This document shows, piece by piece, positions 1-12,487 of a stretch of DNA of 64,000 nt. Within the stretch, counting starts at the first letter, position 1; the number at the start of each line of letters is the position of its first letter. The notes below the pieces were generated by a model. That model was not told the DNA's origin, made no database searches, and saw nothing but the letters and a program-made list of their open reading frames with translations. The stretch comes from Octopus sinensis (lineage: Eukaryota): contig NC_043011.1 in assembly GCF_006345805.1 (NCBI RefSeq), positions 37,708,464 to 37,772,463 on the forward strand, in the 5' to 3' direction. A program made the position numbers and the translations under genes.

Positions 1-276
1 ACAATTCCGACGTGCCCACGTTACTGGTCTGGACTCGAGGTTAGGTATTGACGCGGCCTACCCCGGCGAAAATGTTCACTCATACGCAGAAAATACCCAG
101 AGTATTTTGGCGACGAGGCTTTAGATTTGGGAGGGAAAAATGAAGTCGGTTATTTTTCAATGTGCCACGTAAATATTTGTTGACTGTAAATAAAATATTT
201 ATGCACCTTATTTAACAAGGAAATACCGAATCCTCTTTCTCGGACTACGAGATTCTGACATAAAGTAACTTTAAAT

Positions 277-278
<2 letters not shown>

Positions 279-365
<87 letters not shown>

Positions 366-395
366 CACATGAGCACTCACATATAAACAGACGCG

Positions 396-430
<35 letters not shown>
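279..430. repeat. Compound (CA)n/(TA)n microsatellite, representative of dozens of such tracts in the window
   Basis: Dinucleotide runs read directly. They explain ORFs 150..428 and 271..462. Confidence 0.97.
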
Positions 431-860
431 ACGTTTAGACACATAACTACGCTGACACGCACACGTACACAAATGTATATACATATAGTTGCACATATAT
501 GCCTGTATTTGAAATAAGAATTCGATTTGTAATAGTTAATTAGTTTTTCTCACAACGGATATGAAAATTAATGTTATTTTATTTGCTTAGAAAAAAACCC
601 TACAATATTTAAGATTGTCAAAATATGAGAATATTGCTCAAAACAATATGAATGTGAAGGATCATTTTAATTTTAAGATAATTGATATTTTAATAAAAGT
701 AAATAAGAATAATTTTCTCCAACGGAAGATATTGTTAATTGGAAATTAAAATTAGTTGTTTTACTCTCCACTCTCTACATCTAACCTTAATTGTAATGTG
801 GGTGTATACAAATATATATACATATATATATATTATTGATACTATTATTATTATTATTAT

Positions 861-1416
861 TGAGTGAGAGAGCAGTGCATGTCATCAAAGTGGCATTGGG
901 GTAAAATATATGAAGCCCAGTATACCCATCGTGACTACCCGTCTGATAAGGGTACACCAGGCACATGCATCACAACCATATGTGCGCGACATGGTGATCT
1001 CATATCAAGATAAACAGCACATGACCTTGCAGGTGGGGCCCAGTTAGAAGTTTCTTCAGGTCGAGTAGCCCATCCCGCTCAAAAGGTCCCTGAATAAGGG
1101 TTGCTTTAGGATGTTGAACGAACTACTCATGTTTCCAAAGGTGAATTATCCAAACCTCCAAGAATTCCTTTCAACACACAGTTATGATTCTCCTCCACTA
1201 CTTCTGCTCGTGATCAGAGATGCACATATCGCCAGTCACTAAGGGACATGCTCAACTGGTTATGGTCAAACAACTGACAAGCAAATCTGTGGTATTGAGC
1301 AGAATATTTGCTGTAGCCCATCTTTTATACCAAGACAAAACAATGTATATGATAACACTTCCAATCAGTTAAAATGAAAAGCCATGAGAGCCACTGCCTG
1401 GTACTGCATCAGGGCA
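861..1416. mobile_element. Unclassified ~555-bp interspersed element embedded in (TAT)n, copy 1
   Basis: Closely matches 33444-33958 with the same left end (TGAGTGAGAGAGCAGTGCATG) and has (TAT)n on both sides. No tRNA head, TIR or ORF seen. Confidence 0.85.
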
Positions 1417-1639
1417 TTTATTATTTTATTATTATTATTATTATTATTATTGACTTGTGGAAACGCGCGGGATGATGCATTAAATATTCATAAATTCCGT
1501 CCACGGATTTTTTATTGTTATTATTATTATTATTATTATTTATTATTATTATTATTATTATTATTTATATATTTATTTATTTATTTATTTACTTATATAC
1601 AATTATATGTAAATATGTATGTATTTTTGTGCGAGTGTC

Positions 1640-1845
1640 TGTACCTCCACCATCGCTTGACAACCGACGCTGGTGTATTTACGTTACCATAAGCTAGCGG
1701 TTCGGCGAGCTAATGACAGATAGAATAAGTACTCGACTAACAAAGAATAAGTCCTGGGGTCGACTTCTTCGACTAACATCATTTACAGCTGTACTGCAGC
1801 ATGGCCTTAGTCAATTGATTGTAACAAGTAAACGAATAAAAGAAA
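1640..1845 (+). mobile_element. 3' half of the GGCGCAGGAGTGGC-headed SINE family (diverged)
   Basis: CATCGCTTGACAACCGA...GATAGAATAAGTACT...CAGCATGGCC...AACAAGTAAA matches the full copies at 41370 and 42526. Confidence 0.85.
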
Positions 1846-4104
1846 ATATAATATACGTATTATATACGTATATATAATCTTTTGTGCTTCTACATGTATA
1901 CAGTCAGCTCTTACTCAGGAACACCTGTGGTGCGTTAAATGCCGCGTTTAACTAACTGATCTAGTTTACCTGTTTAGTTTTTGACCCGACATAGATACCT
2001 TTTTGGTGCAGCACCCATGTATCAACAAAATATGGAAGATAGAAATATATTTCATAACATCTGGCTAATGCACATTACAAGTGGAGTGACGTGAACAGAA
2101 GTACCGTGTTTGAATACGCATAGCACTACCTGGTCCAAAAATTGAACCCAAGACCTTGTGATGATGATCCCAATTAAATGTGTTTCTCTAACAATTTTAC
2201 TAAACATTGCATTTTACTTATAGAAGAAAGTAAATAAATATTTTCCCAACAAGCATCAGAAATCAACTTGGGGAAGCGTATCATCATGTGATTTATATCT
2301 ATGGATGCCAGACTAAAGGTGCAATAGTTTATTACTGTAAGTAGTAAGCCGATATCCCGTCCAAATCATTGCTTGAATGAAGAAAACAAACACTGTGTCG
2401 ATGATTTTCCACATAGATGAAGCAGATACGATATTGTGTTCATAGTTGAATACACCATTGTATACATTGGTGAATTTGTACTACGTATATGGGATTATTC
2501 CAAAAGATTTGAGAAATGCAGAATAAATGTGCTGGTAGAAGAACAACTAAAATCCTCGTCATAGCTTTGAACTGTCGGCAAGTCGCGCAGTAATTTACAT
2601 TGTTGTATATCTCAACTCTGTATCGCGAACATTGCTGACATTAACAGTTTGAATTATGAACAAAGACGAAGGGAAAGTTATTAGTAGAATATCAATATAA
2701 AAATGGTGCACAGAGAGTTCAGAGTAAATTCCGATCTGATACTGTTTTATTTGCAAATGTTTGGAAACTATAATTAATTCCTTCAACTCTTGGCCCCAAT
2801 TTGCTCTAGCAAAGTTGAAATATTGTCTATAGAGCTGTAATTTATTGGGTAATAACACATTTCATTACTTTCTAATGGCCTGGTTACATTCTTGCTTGGC
2901 AATCATTTCTTATTGGGGGTTTTCAAATTATAGCGACATATAATCGCTGAAACTTAAAAGTCAAAAGAAATGCTTTGCCCTGTCATTGTGTCTTTTGACG
3001 TATGCATTTCATGAACTTAAATCATACATTCAGCAGTGCAGTTAAGTCCAATAAATTCAATATTGGTATATATGAAGTGGATTATAGCTGGCATTATTTC
3101 TATTAGGGTGATGTATTATAGATGTTTAGTCAAGCCTGACATGAATTACGGTTGGAACAATAACTGTTTCATTTGGTGTAAAATTTCTTAATGTATTGTA
3201 TATAGTAGTACCGCCCTGGAATTTAGCCGTAGTAGTAAGATATTAAACAGTGTCCAGAGTAGATGAAGAAGCTATCCAATCAATTGCCAATAGTATTTAT
3301 AGGACATATCAATCAAAGTCATTATATTATTATTTGAATTATTACAGCCGAAACACTTATATACTGGAATGAGAGTCTTTTGTTTAAACTTGTAAATGTT
3401 TTCCAGTTGATAGGAGTAGCACAACGAAAAGCATGGAAGAGATGTAGCCATCAGCTTCGAAACTAATTATCCAGTTCGGAACTTGAAGATTATCTGATTA
3501 CAATGAGTTTTTATGTCTGACAATCAGAAAAGAATGTGTTTTCAATGTAGTGGAAACATTGATAATAATTGAATGCAGCTTTATATTCGGTCTAGCAATA
3601 AACCCATTTAACTAATTGAATTTCTACAGCTGAAATTGAAAACTGTTTTCTTTGTAGTACTGAAATGTTCAGTTGAGGTATTAAATAGGTTGGTTTTGTT
3701 TCAACATCACTTGTTCATTCATCGCATGTAAATATCTAATATTAATGGTGGATTTGTGTATTCCAACAGCACTTACAATTGGACTGATATCTCACTAGAG
3801 GTGAAACAAATGAAATAAGCAAACTAATTCTAGCTAAACAGGTAACACACCGAATAATCATCAATACTTTAAAATTGTTAATATTGAAGACATTATTACT
3901 AAACCTAAGAAACTTCATCTTACATCAACCCACCCGTGAGATGATGTAAGATCATCTCGTTAGATCTGTAAGATCCGTAAGATCAAGTTTCGTGAAGTGA
4001 TCATGTGAAGAAAGCTGACCTGAACATCGAACATATAATAAAATGAACATTACACTTAAGGGGATAATGAAGGAAATATTAGCACTAATAACCCTTCTAA
4101 TTAT

Positions 4105-4275
4105 TAACACAAGACCCGAAATTTGGTGGGTCGGCGCTAGTGGACGGAATCGACCACAGAAGACTGGTACTTATCTTATCAACCACGAAAGAAAGAAATG
4201 CTACGTCGACGACGGTGGAATATGAATAATTCAGAACGTAAAGACGGACAAAATGCCGCAAAGCAGTGCTAATAA
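4105..4275 (-). mobile_element. Degenerate copy of the GGCGAGCTGGCAGAATCGTTAGC-headed SINE family
   Basis: ACTGGTACTTATCTTATC...GTCGAC...CAGAACGTAAAGACGGAC resembles the reverse complement of 17139-17340. Confidence 0.6.
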
Positions 4276-5136
4276 CCTTGTCATGATGAGCCTCACAAAT
4301 AGCGGTGAGTAGAGCTACGTAACACTGGTTCCTGTCAGCCCATAAATTACTTCAGGAGTGGAACGTAAATGACAACAAATATCAAAAAACTACATTCGTA
4401 GCTAATAATAATAATGGAGTCTGAATATGGTTGCTACACTTGCTAAAATGATAAAATGTATTTTCTCACATCACACCGTAACATTAGTAAAGAAATATAC
4501 ATTAGGTAATGTATCTGGGTGCAGGTCACCCAGGAAAAATACTTAGGGCAAGGTCGTGAATTAGATTTCTATAACCACAGGTCTGCTCGATCAGCCATGA
4601 GCAAAATCTATAACAAATTGTAATATTTATGCACATATATTGGCACAAACCAGAATATGTAATATTTCAGTTTGCGAATGCTACACCGAGTAGATCTGTG
4701 ACACTGAGAGATAGTAAAACAGTGATAAGAAAATATTTTGAAATCTGACAATCGTAATAATGGATGCTCGCATTAAGAGGAAGAAGACAGAAATAGAACG
4801 TCAGAAAGAATGTTGTAGAAGAATATAGTTATATAGAAACGTGTACAAAAGTTTATATAAAATAGCTAATGTAGTACCAGAAATATTGCTGTAAGTCTTA
4901 TAAAACCCAATAACTCCTGTGAACCAAATGATTGATTGATGCAACGCGAAGCAACAATCTGGCAGGATAGATTGAGATGTAACTGAGGTTCAAACGACAA
5001 ATGTTAAAATAGAAACATTATTGAATTAAAAGCGGTATTTTGGATATGTTTATATTTGCGAAACAATAAAGATAACGCAGAAATATAAATTTAAAGGATT
5101 TCGATATGAAGTGATTAAAAGGATGCTCGGTACATA

Positions 5137-5562
5137 TTCTCTTCTACTCTAGGCCAGAAAATTTTTGGGTCGGGGGCCAGTCGATTATAACGACCTCAGT
5201 ACGCAACTGGTACTTAATTTATCAACCCCGAAATGATTAAAGCCAAAGTCGACCTCGGCAGAATTTGAATTCAAAACATACAGGCAGACGAAATAGCGCT
5301 AAGCATTTCGCCCGGCGTGCTAACGTTTCTTATTTCTTTACTGTCCACAAGGGGCTACACACAGAGAGGGCAAACAAGGACAGACAAACGGATTAAGTCG
5401 ATTATATCGACCCCAGTGCGTAACTGGTACTTATTTAATCGACCCCGAAAGGATGAAAGGCGAAGTCGACCTCGTCAGAATTGGAACACAGAACGTAACG
5501 GCAAACGAAATACTGCTAAGCATTCCGCCCTGCGTACTAATGTTTCTGCCAGCTCGCCACTT
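5137..5562 (-). mobile_element. Dimeric tRNA-headed SINE (GGCGAGCTGGCAG family, Deu/Nin-like central domain)
   Basis: Two units carry the reverse complement of GTCGACTTTGCCTTTCATCCTTTCGGGGTCGATAAATTAAGTACCAG. The head ends at CCAGCTCGCC near 5560. Confidence 0.85.
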
Positions 5563-5630
5563 TATGGTCCCCATATGTTGTCGCAGAAAAATTCGGAAAC
5601 AGGGCAATAACTACAAAAATTAACCATCTG

Positions 5631-5885
5631 TATTATCAGTGTTTTTTTCAGCGATTTAAATAAGACTTTTCACTGTTATTTCCAGCAGGTAGACATACTT
5701 GGTAAGTCCTTTGAGTGATATAGAATTTATCCTTCAATTATTTAATGCTTTTTTGGGGACGGCAATCGCCTTATCTATTCTGTTATTATCGATTTTAATT
5801 GTTACCCTAGATAGCAGAGTTAATGATATTTTCGCAAATATTTTTCTCCTGAATTATTTCCGTATTGAAAATATTTTGACATTGA
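5631..5885 (+). repeat. Diverged direct repeat of 7305-7545
   Basis: Colinear shared blocks include TATTATCA, GCGATTTAAATAAGA, TTTAATGCTTTTTTGGG, ATCGATTTTAATTG, TACCCTAGATA and TTCGCAAATATTTTT. Confidence 0.8.
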
Positions 5886-6080
5886 TAACTACTATGATTT
5901 GGTGCAAAAGCAAAGCCGTTGTAGTACAGACTTCAACGTGACAGATTGGGGCTTTTTTTTCTTTTCGGGTAACACGTGCTGAGGAAGATTTGGTCTATAA
6001 AGCCAGTCTAGAAACCGGTACACTTGAGTCCAAATACTAGAATGTATGTTGAAAGATTCCTTTGATCCGTTCGCTCGCAG

Positions 6081-7306
6081 TATTGGGTTGTCAAGAAATT
6101 TCTTGCGGTTTTTAACCTTTAACTTCAAATGTACATATCTCGGCTCAAACAAAACTTTATCGATTAAAATTAACACCATCAGAATCAACAAACTTTTGCA
6201 AACGCGAAACAAGTTTATCTATGCCAGTAGCGTAAAGATCCAGCGGTCTGGTGGCGCTGAAGTTGTTGAAGGCGTGTTTGGCATCGTATTGGTTTTTGAA
6301 GCGTTTCTCACGCAGGAAGTTATCGAAATGCTTGAAAAAGTGTTAGTCGGTAGGCGAGAGGTCTGCTAAGTATGGAGGATGAGGCAGAATTTTGTAGCCC
6401 AATTCGTTCAACTTCTGCAGGGTCAGCTGTGCGACGTACAGCCGAGCGTTGTCGTGGAGAGAAATTGGTTCTTTTCTATTGACCGAAGGTGGTTGTTGTC
6501 GGAGTTTCTTATGCATTTCATCCATTTGCTGATATTACTTTTCCGCCGTAATGGTTTCGCCTGGATCCAAAAAGCTGCGATGGATGAGACCGGCTGAAGA
6601 CCACCAAAGAGACACCATGACATTCTTTTGCTGCAACTTTGGCTTCGAGAATTGCCGTGGTGCTTTGTCGGCGTCCAACCACTGAGCTGAGCGTCGCCGG
6701 TTGACGTAAAGAATCCATTTTCCATTGCAAGTCACAATCTGGTCGAGAAACGGGTCGTTCTTATTGCGTAAAAGTTGTTGTTTTCTTTTGGCTGTCGTTC
6801 AATTCGTGCCTGCACCCATTTCTCAAGTATTTTTGTTTTTCCAATCTCTTTCAAGTTGTTAGAAATTGTCGTATACGTTACCTTTAATTAAGAAGCAGGC
6901 TCTCGAACAGTTGTGCGTGGATTGGCTTCCACTAAGGCTCTTAGTTGATCGTCGTCAACATCCTATTGCCGACCACTACGCTAATCATTTTCAAGACTCT
7001 CGTCACCGCTACGAGATTTATTGAACCACCACTGTGTTGTACACTCATTAGTGGTTCCTGGGCCAAAAGCATCGTTGATATCACGAGTTGTTTCAGCCAC
7101 TTTTCGGCCTAGCTTGAACTGGAATAAGAAAATTGTGCGAATTTGCTTGTTGTCCAAAAGGAAAAAACGTAATACGATTAGATAGAGCGAAAAACGGGTT
7201 TAAAATAATATATAAAGTCAAATTAATTTAACGAAAATTAATTTGAAAATGCAACATTTAAAACCCAAATTAAAATTTCCGCAAGAACTTTCTTGACAAC
7301 CTAATA
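6081..7306 (-). mobile_element. Near full-length mariner transposon, Hsmar1/cecropia-like
   Basis: TIRs TTGGGTTGTCAAGAAATTTCTTGCGG (from 6083) and CCGCAAGAACTTTCTTGACAACCTAA (to 7304), TA at both ends, about 1.23 kb, with transposase motifs inside. Confidence 0.95.
6157..7157 (-). pseudogene. Mariner transposase pseudogene
   Basis: Fragments LDNKQIRTIFLFQFKLGRK, TCNGKWILYVNRRRSAQWL, KNVMVSLWWSSAGLIH, LHDNAR, PHPPYLADLSPTD and YHFFKHFDNFL, broken by stops and frameshifts. The start codon has decayed to TTG. Confidence 0.95.
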
Positions 7307-7545
7307 TTATCAATGCTTTTTCTGCGATTTAAATAAGAATTTTACGTGTAATTTCCAGTTAATGTTCTTTCATTAATATCAATTTTAATCCTTCAACTAT
7401 TTAATGCTTTTTTGGGCCTGCACTCGCCTATATTGTTTATTCTGTTATAATCGATTTTAATTGGTACCCTAGATATTAACAGAGTGAATAATATCTTCGC
7501 AAATATTTTTTCTCCTGAATTACGTGCTCCGTATTAAAAGAATAT
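7305..7545 (+). repeat. Diverged direct repeat of 5631-5885, starting at the mariner's right TA
   Basis: Colinear match to 5631-5885. Confidence 0.8.
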
Positions 7546-7592
7546 ATATATATATCAATGGAGTTCAGCGCAGGTGTTATTCAAATTATTTT

Positions 7593-7681
7593 ACTTCCCA
7601 CACATATTTCAAAAATATCACTGGTAGTATTCCAAAGGAATAAAGTGGTGTATAACAATGTAATCTTCTCTTCAGGGAAAT
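7593..7681 (-). ncRNA. Degenerate type I hammerhead ribozyme motif in Penelope pLTR
   Basis: AUUUCC-CUGAAGA-GAAGAU...-GAAAU-AUGU-GUG-GGAAGU. The cleavage triplet is mutated to GUG. Confidence 0.6.
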
Positions 7682-7969
7682 GAAGAAATGAAAGTCGTTA
7701 ATAAAATATTTTAAAAGAATATGATGGATATGTATAGTGATTAACTGAACACTATTAAGCTTGTTTTAAAACAACGTTACGGGATACAACATTAAACGTA
7801 GTCTATAGAATGAGGAGGGGTAAAGGAAAGAGAAAATACAAATGAAGGAAAAGTATATAACGATATGTAAATTAAATAAAACCCCTTTAGTCTTGGAAAA
7901 AGATATATCTAGTGAATATGAAATGTAAGAAGAAAATTAATGTTTAAAATATATATATAATAATAGATA

Positions 7970-9530
7970 TCACTTATATGAACTAAAGGTGTGTTTCTGC
8001 AAATGTTTACATCGGTATGAACGCTCTATAACCGTGTTTACAAGGGAGTTTTTAGAAAAAAGAAGAAAGAATAGCTCAGAATTAGAGAGAAGACAGAATT
8101 CCTTGGCTTTATCATAAGGTATAGAAATTAACAGAATCGACCAATCTAAATTAAATTGTTTATTGTGGTCTTTTAGATACCAAATAAATTTACTAAGCCC
8201 TGTACTGTTACGTTTATTCATATCCATAAATATAGAGTAATGATTAGAAATTCTTTCAAATAACTGAGAAGATAAGCTGCCTATATAATAAATACTTCAT
8301 TACCAGAAGTAATTTTACACTGGTATATAGAATTTTTAATTTTAGAGTTACTTGATATAAACTCGATTATGTTGTAATACAATAACCTTGCTATTAATAT
8401 TTCTAGGGGATGGTATTATCTAAATTAATGTTTGTATTAGTAAATGTATCACTATTTAACGGGCTAATATTATGCGAGGAGATAATTTATAAGAAAGTTT
8501 TGGTGTTGGAAATACCAATCCTAACCGTGTGTGAGTTGATAGGAGAGTAATACCGATAATTCTTTGGAAAATTCCTAATAAAATCTTCACGAAACTGCAA
8601 ATGAAAATTAGATTTAATTTGCCTCCCATAAGGAATAATTAATCAAGTGTTTTTACGATTAGTTACCTTATTTTTAGTGTAACTATCTTTGAAAGACATA
8701 GATTTACCATTAGAACGAAAATAGGGGTTTAAATAAGGGTTATCTCCCTTCCTCAGTTTGGTGTTGGCGTATAAATTAATATTGATATCGTTTATATCCT
8801 TACAACTAGATTTCATATCGCCATTAATAAAGGTAGAATAAGATTGAATAGAACTAATGTAGGTAACGTTCTCTGTATAACCTGCTTTAAGTAAGGCAGA
8901 GTTATAAAATTCGGCCTTATCATTGAAAATGTCAACATTAGCAGATATATTCTTAATTAAGTTCTTAACTAAGTTCCTAGTAATTGCACTAGAATGATTA
9001 CTGAATTTGCTAATATACTTTAGGTTGGTCGATGTTTGTGGTATGGGAAGTACGAATTATTGTGTAAGTTAAGTGTAATATCTAAAAAGATGGCCTCCGT
9101 ACAGCATCATCAAAAACTATGCTTAAGCCCGTTGTACGGAAAAACCTAAACTATTCTTACCTTTTAGTACTTTGTGGTCGGAAACATTTTGAAGGTAAAG
9201 TAAGCAACCATCACGATATAGACCTCCATTTATGTTTGGGAACAGTTCTGCCATTTCAAAAAGAATATATATATACAGACTAACTCAGCCACTTTTGCTG
9301 AATCAGAACTGCCCATTGCAACATCAAAACCATATGGTGTGTCTTTAGGGACCCACAACTTATTGTCAAACTTTATGATAGATTTTCTGGCGACCAATAC
9401 AACATAAATTTCTTCCCTCCTGAGACCAACTTTGTTATGAGCAAGGCAAAGTGCCTTATTAAGTATTATTGGGTTGATGGATGAATAAAGCTAATCAAAA
9501 GACAAACTAAGTATGACTACCTGCTGGAAA
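7970..9530 (-). pseudogene. Penelope RT plus GIY-YIG-region pseudogene
   Basis: Frameshifted peptides FYSSINPIILNKAL, GFDVAMGSSDSAKVAELVCIYI and GGLYRDG are typical Penelope RT motifs. ORF 7970..8227 (NSTGLSKFIWYLKD...WSIL...CLL...LFFLL...RCKH) is the typical Penelope C-terminus. Confidence 0.88.
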
Positions 9531-9603
9531 TAGCGTTTAGTTGATCACTATACATATCTATCATATTCTGTTAAAATGTCTTATTGGCGAGTTTCATTTC
9601 TTC

Positions 9604-9692
9604 ATTTCCCTGAAGAAAAGTTTATATTGTTTTACACCATTTCATTCCTTTAGAATAATACCATTGATATCTTCGTAACATGTGTCGGAAGT
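9604..9692 (+). ncRNA. Degenerate type I hammerhead ribozyme motif in inverted pLTR
   Basis: AUUUCC-CUGAAGA-...CAUUGAUAUCUUC-GUAAC-AUGU-GUC-GGAAGU. Stem I is 6 bp and GAAAC is mutated to GUAAC. Confidence 0.6.
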
Positions 9693-9890
9693 AAAAGAAT
9701 TTGAATAACACCTGCGTTTACCTCCATTTATTTATATATATTCTACAAAATACTTTACATAAACCTGGAGATTTAAAAACAAGGAGTTACAACCTTCTTA
9801 CTTGTGTGATTTTTTGCTACCTTGGCAACTATTTATTTATTTTTTCCGTGTTAATTTTTAACAAGGGAAAATACACATACACACACACAG

Positions 9891-9921
<31 letters not shown>

Positions 9922-9964
9922 TATAATATATATATATATAATATATATATATATATGGTCACAA

Positions 9965-10213
9965 TGCGCTTCATTGTTTTAGCCTTCAGATGACGCCACC
10001 CCAGTGGCTAAGCGAGCACGCCGACAGAAGAAAGAGTGAGAGAAATATGCGGTGAAAGAGTACAGTAGGGATCGTCACTCCCCCTGACGCAGCGTCGTGG
10101 AGCTTGAGGCATTTTCGTTCAATAGACTCTCTCAACGCCCGGTCTGGGAATTGAAATCGCGATCGTACGACCGCGAGTCTGCTGTCCTAACCACTGGGCC
10201 ATTGCGTCTCCAC
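9965..10213 (-). mobile_element. tRNA-Arg-like-headed SINE (OR-type)
   Basis: The minus strand starts GTGGAGACGCAATGGCCCAGTGGTTAGGACAGCAGACTCGCGGTCG with A/B-box-like motifs. Homologous to 18704-18989. Confidence 0.85.
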
Positions 10214-10244
10214 TTTTACATTTATATGTATATATATATATATT

Positions 10245-10410
10245 TCAACAATTGAGGGCAAAATTAATTAATTATTAATCAATTTCACCAAGTGTTCAGT
10301 ATGCAAAGGGACCATTCAAGGCGAATTCAAATTATTTCTAATAATTATTGGTATTTCTAATGAGTTCAGTATGCGGCAAAGTAATTTATTTTACTAAGCC
10401 CTTTTATATA
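10245..10410. repeat. Fragment related to the 15745-16260 terminal-repeat family
   Basis: GGGCAAAATTAATTAATTATTAATCAATTTCACCAAGT...GGACCATT resembles 15745-15820. Bounded by (TA)n. Confidence 0.6.
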
Positions 10411-10454
10411 ATATATATATATTATATATATATATATATTATATATATAATATT

Positions 10455-10510
<56 letters not shown>

Positions 10511-11014
10511 CACACACATAAATACATACGTACATACATACCGATGCATTTTTACAGACATTGTGCTCTGAGCATGCATCCGAGTGTGATCATACTTTTA
10601 TGTATGTAAGTAAATATGTATATCCATACCCGATATTGCAATACACTTCTGAAAGTATAGACATTCATTCCTATATGAAAGAGGTTAAAGCGACAAAAGC
10701 TTAATGAGTGCCGCAAACAGGTGGCAATCTCTAAACACCTGTAATAAATTATTCAATAAAATGAAAGACGGCGATGGCTCGAAATCATTTCAAACGCTAA
10801 CTACTGTTTAGTTTTAATAGTTCTCCCTCTCCAAGTCATTATATTGCGCCACTTAAATACAAATGTGGGTGTATATACGTGATCTGCATATGTGCTATAT
10901 ATGAAACATTAAATACGTTTTTATTGAAATAGAGAACAATGTAAAAGTGAATATTATACTAAATAATTGAGTTTCTTCTCTGATTTATTTTTAATAGCTT
11001 ACTTACCGGAGGAG

Positions 11015-11252
11015 TGAAGGCGCATGGCTCAGTGGTTAGACCGTTCTGCTCACAATCATGAGGTAGTGAGATCAATTCCTGAACCGGGCTGTGTGTTGTA
11101 TACCTGAGCAAGACACTACTTCACGTTGCTTCAGTTCCCTAGGCTGTAAAAATGTGTTCTGACGTCACAAGTGCCAAAGTGCATCGGGCTTTGCCTTTCA
11201 CTTGGATAACATCGGTGGCATGGAGAAGGGAGGCTGGTATGCACGAGCCACT
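11015..11252 (+). mobile_element. tRNA-headed SINE with CORE-like domain
   Basis: Head GGCGCATGGCTCAGTGGTTAGA followed by TGAGCAAGACACT...TCACGTTGCTTCAGTT...GCTGTAAAAATG. Confidence 0.75.
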
Positions 11253-12277
11253 GCAATGCCACGTCTATTAATGACCGAACGAAGTCGTTACCATTTACTC
11301 TTTACTTATTGTGACGTATTTCCCAGTATTCTTATATAGAGAAAAAAAGTCACAGATGTACCATGTGACTTGAGAAGTAGTGTTTAGGTGACATTGTTTC
11401 CGTCAACGAAAATGAGAATCACAAGGCGAAACTATGGACGAAATGTGCCATACATTTGTCCAAATTTATCCTGAAAGACACTAGAGAAAAATATGAAACT
11501 TTCCCGACGTTATTCGAAATGGCTACCATTCGTGCGGGTATGTTACCAGGAGCTGATTCAGTAAACCAGAAGTCTATGTGGATAAGAGCAAAGATATTTG
11601 CATTTTATTATTGTCCCGAAGATACCGTGCAATGGAACTGAAATTGAAGCCGCTTGTTTACGAATTGAATATTTTATGCAAATAACAACGACTTCACCCA
11701 GAGATAGAAAATGTCTGAGAAAACAAATAGGACAGAAATACAGCGAGTGCAATATTGACTATATGTCTGTAGAAAGTGAACAAACATATTGATGAAGAAC
11801 AAAACAATAATACCGATAATAGCAATAACAACAGCAGCTACAGCAACAACAACAACAATAACTTCAACATTTCGGAAAACCAACAACATAAACTACAAAA
11901 AAAAACATACGAAAGAGCACCAAAAAGATAAAGCAAATTAAATATTTTTTTCAAATAGAAAATTTAAAATTTACGAAAAGTAAATGAGTTGAAATTTAAG
12001 AAAATAATGTCCTTGCGAGGGCACTGAATACACTTTCTTTTCTTTTCTTTTCTGTTTTACTTTTAAATTCGCAAAATCTAATAAAAAGAATAAATTATGT
12101 ATAATTATCTTATGGAATGAGATTAAAGTTAGAAAACATGCTTCGAGTGTCAAAAGAATGATTATGAATGTGTAAAATCAATAAAGTGCATAAAACAGCT
12201 TTAAAAGAAATTAATAAAATTACAATATAATATGTATGTATGTATATGTATGTATTTTTTTTTTTATGTATGTATAC

Positions 12278-12487
12278 GTGGTGGCACATGGCGTAGTGAT
12301 TAGAGCAGCGGAATCGCGGTCGAGGGATCGCGGGTTCGAATCTCAGACCGGGCGATGTGTGTGTGTTTATGAGCAAAAACAACTAAGCTCGACGCGGCTC
12401 CAGCAGAAGGTAATGGAGAATTTCTGCTGACTCTTCCGCCACAACTTTCTCTCACCCTTTCCTCCTGCATCCTGCAGGTCACCTGCG
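12278..12487 (+). mobile_element. OR-type SINE (3'-truncated)
   Basis: GTGGTGGCACATGGCGTAGTGATTAGAGCAGCGG...GGGTTCGAATCTCAGACCGGG. Homologous to 20816-21110. Confidence 0.85.

Larger units (their letters stand above)
7557..9730 (-). mobile_element. 5'-truncated Penelope-like retroelement with inverted terminal (pLTR) repeat
   Basis: RT and C-terminal endonuclease-region remnants lie on the minus strand. About 190-bp inverted repeats at 7557-7755 and 9530-9730 sit next to TA-rich tracts. Confidence 0.88.

Noticed and set aside
1-170. CpG-richer start of the window with GT donor-like sites, possibly a 5' exon or promoter
   Set aside because: It is truncated by the window edge, with no recognisable ORF or motif.
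3945-3985. Short repeated GTAAGATC units
   Set aside because: Three to four imperfect 8-9-mers, consistent with local slippage.
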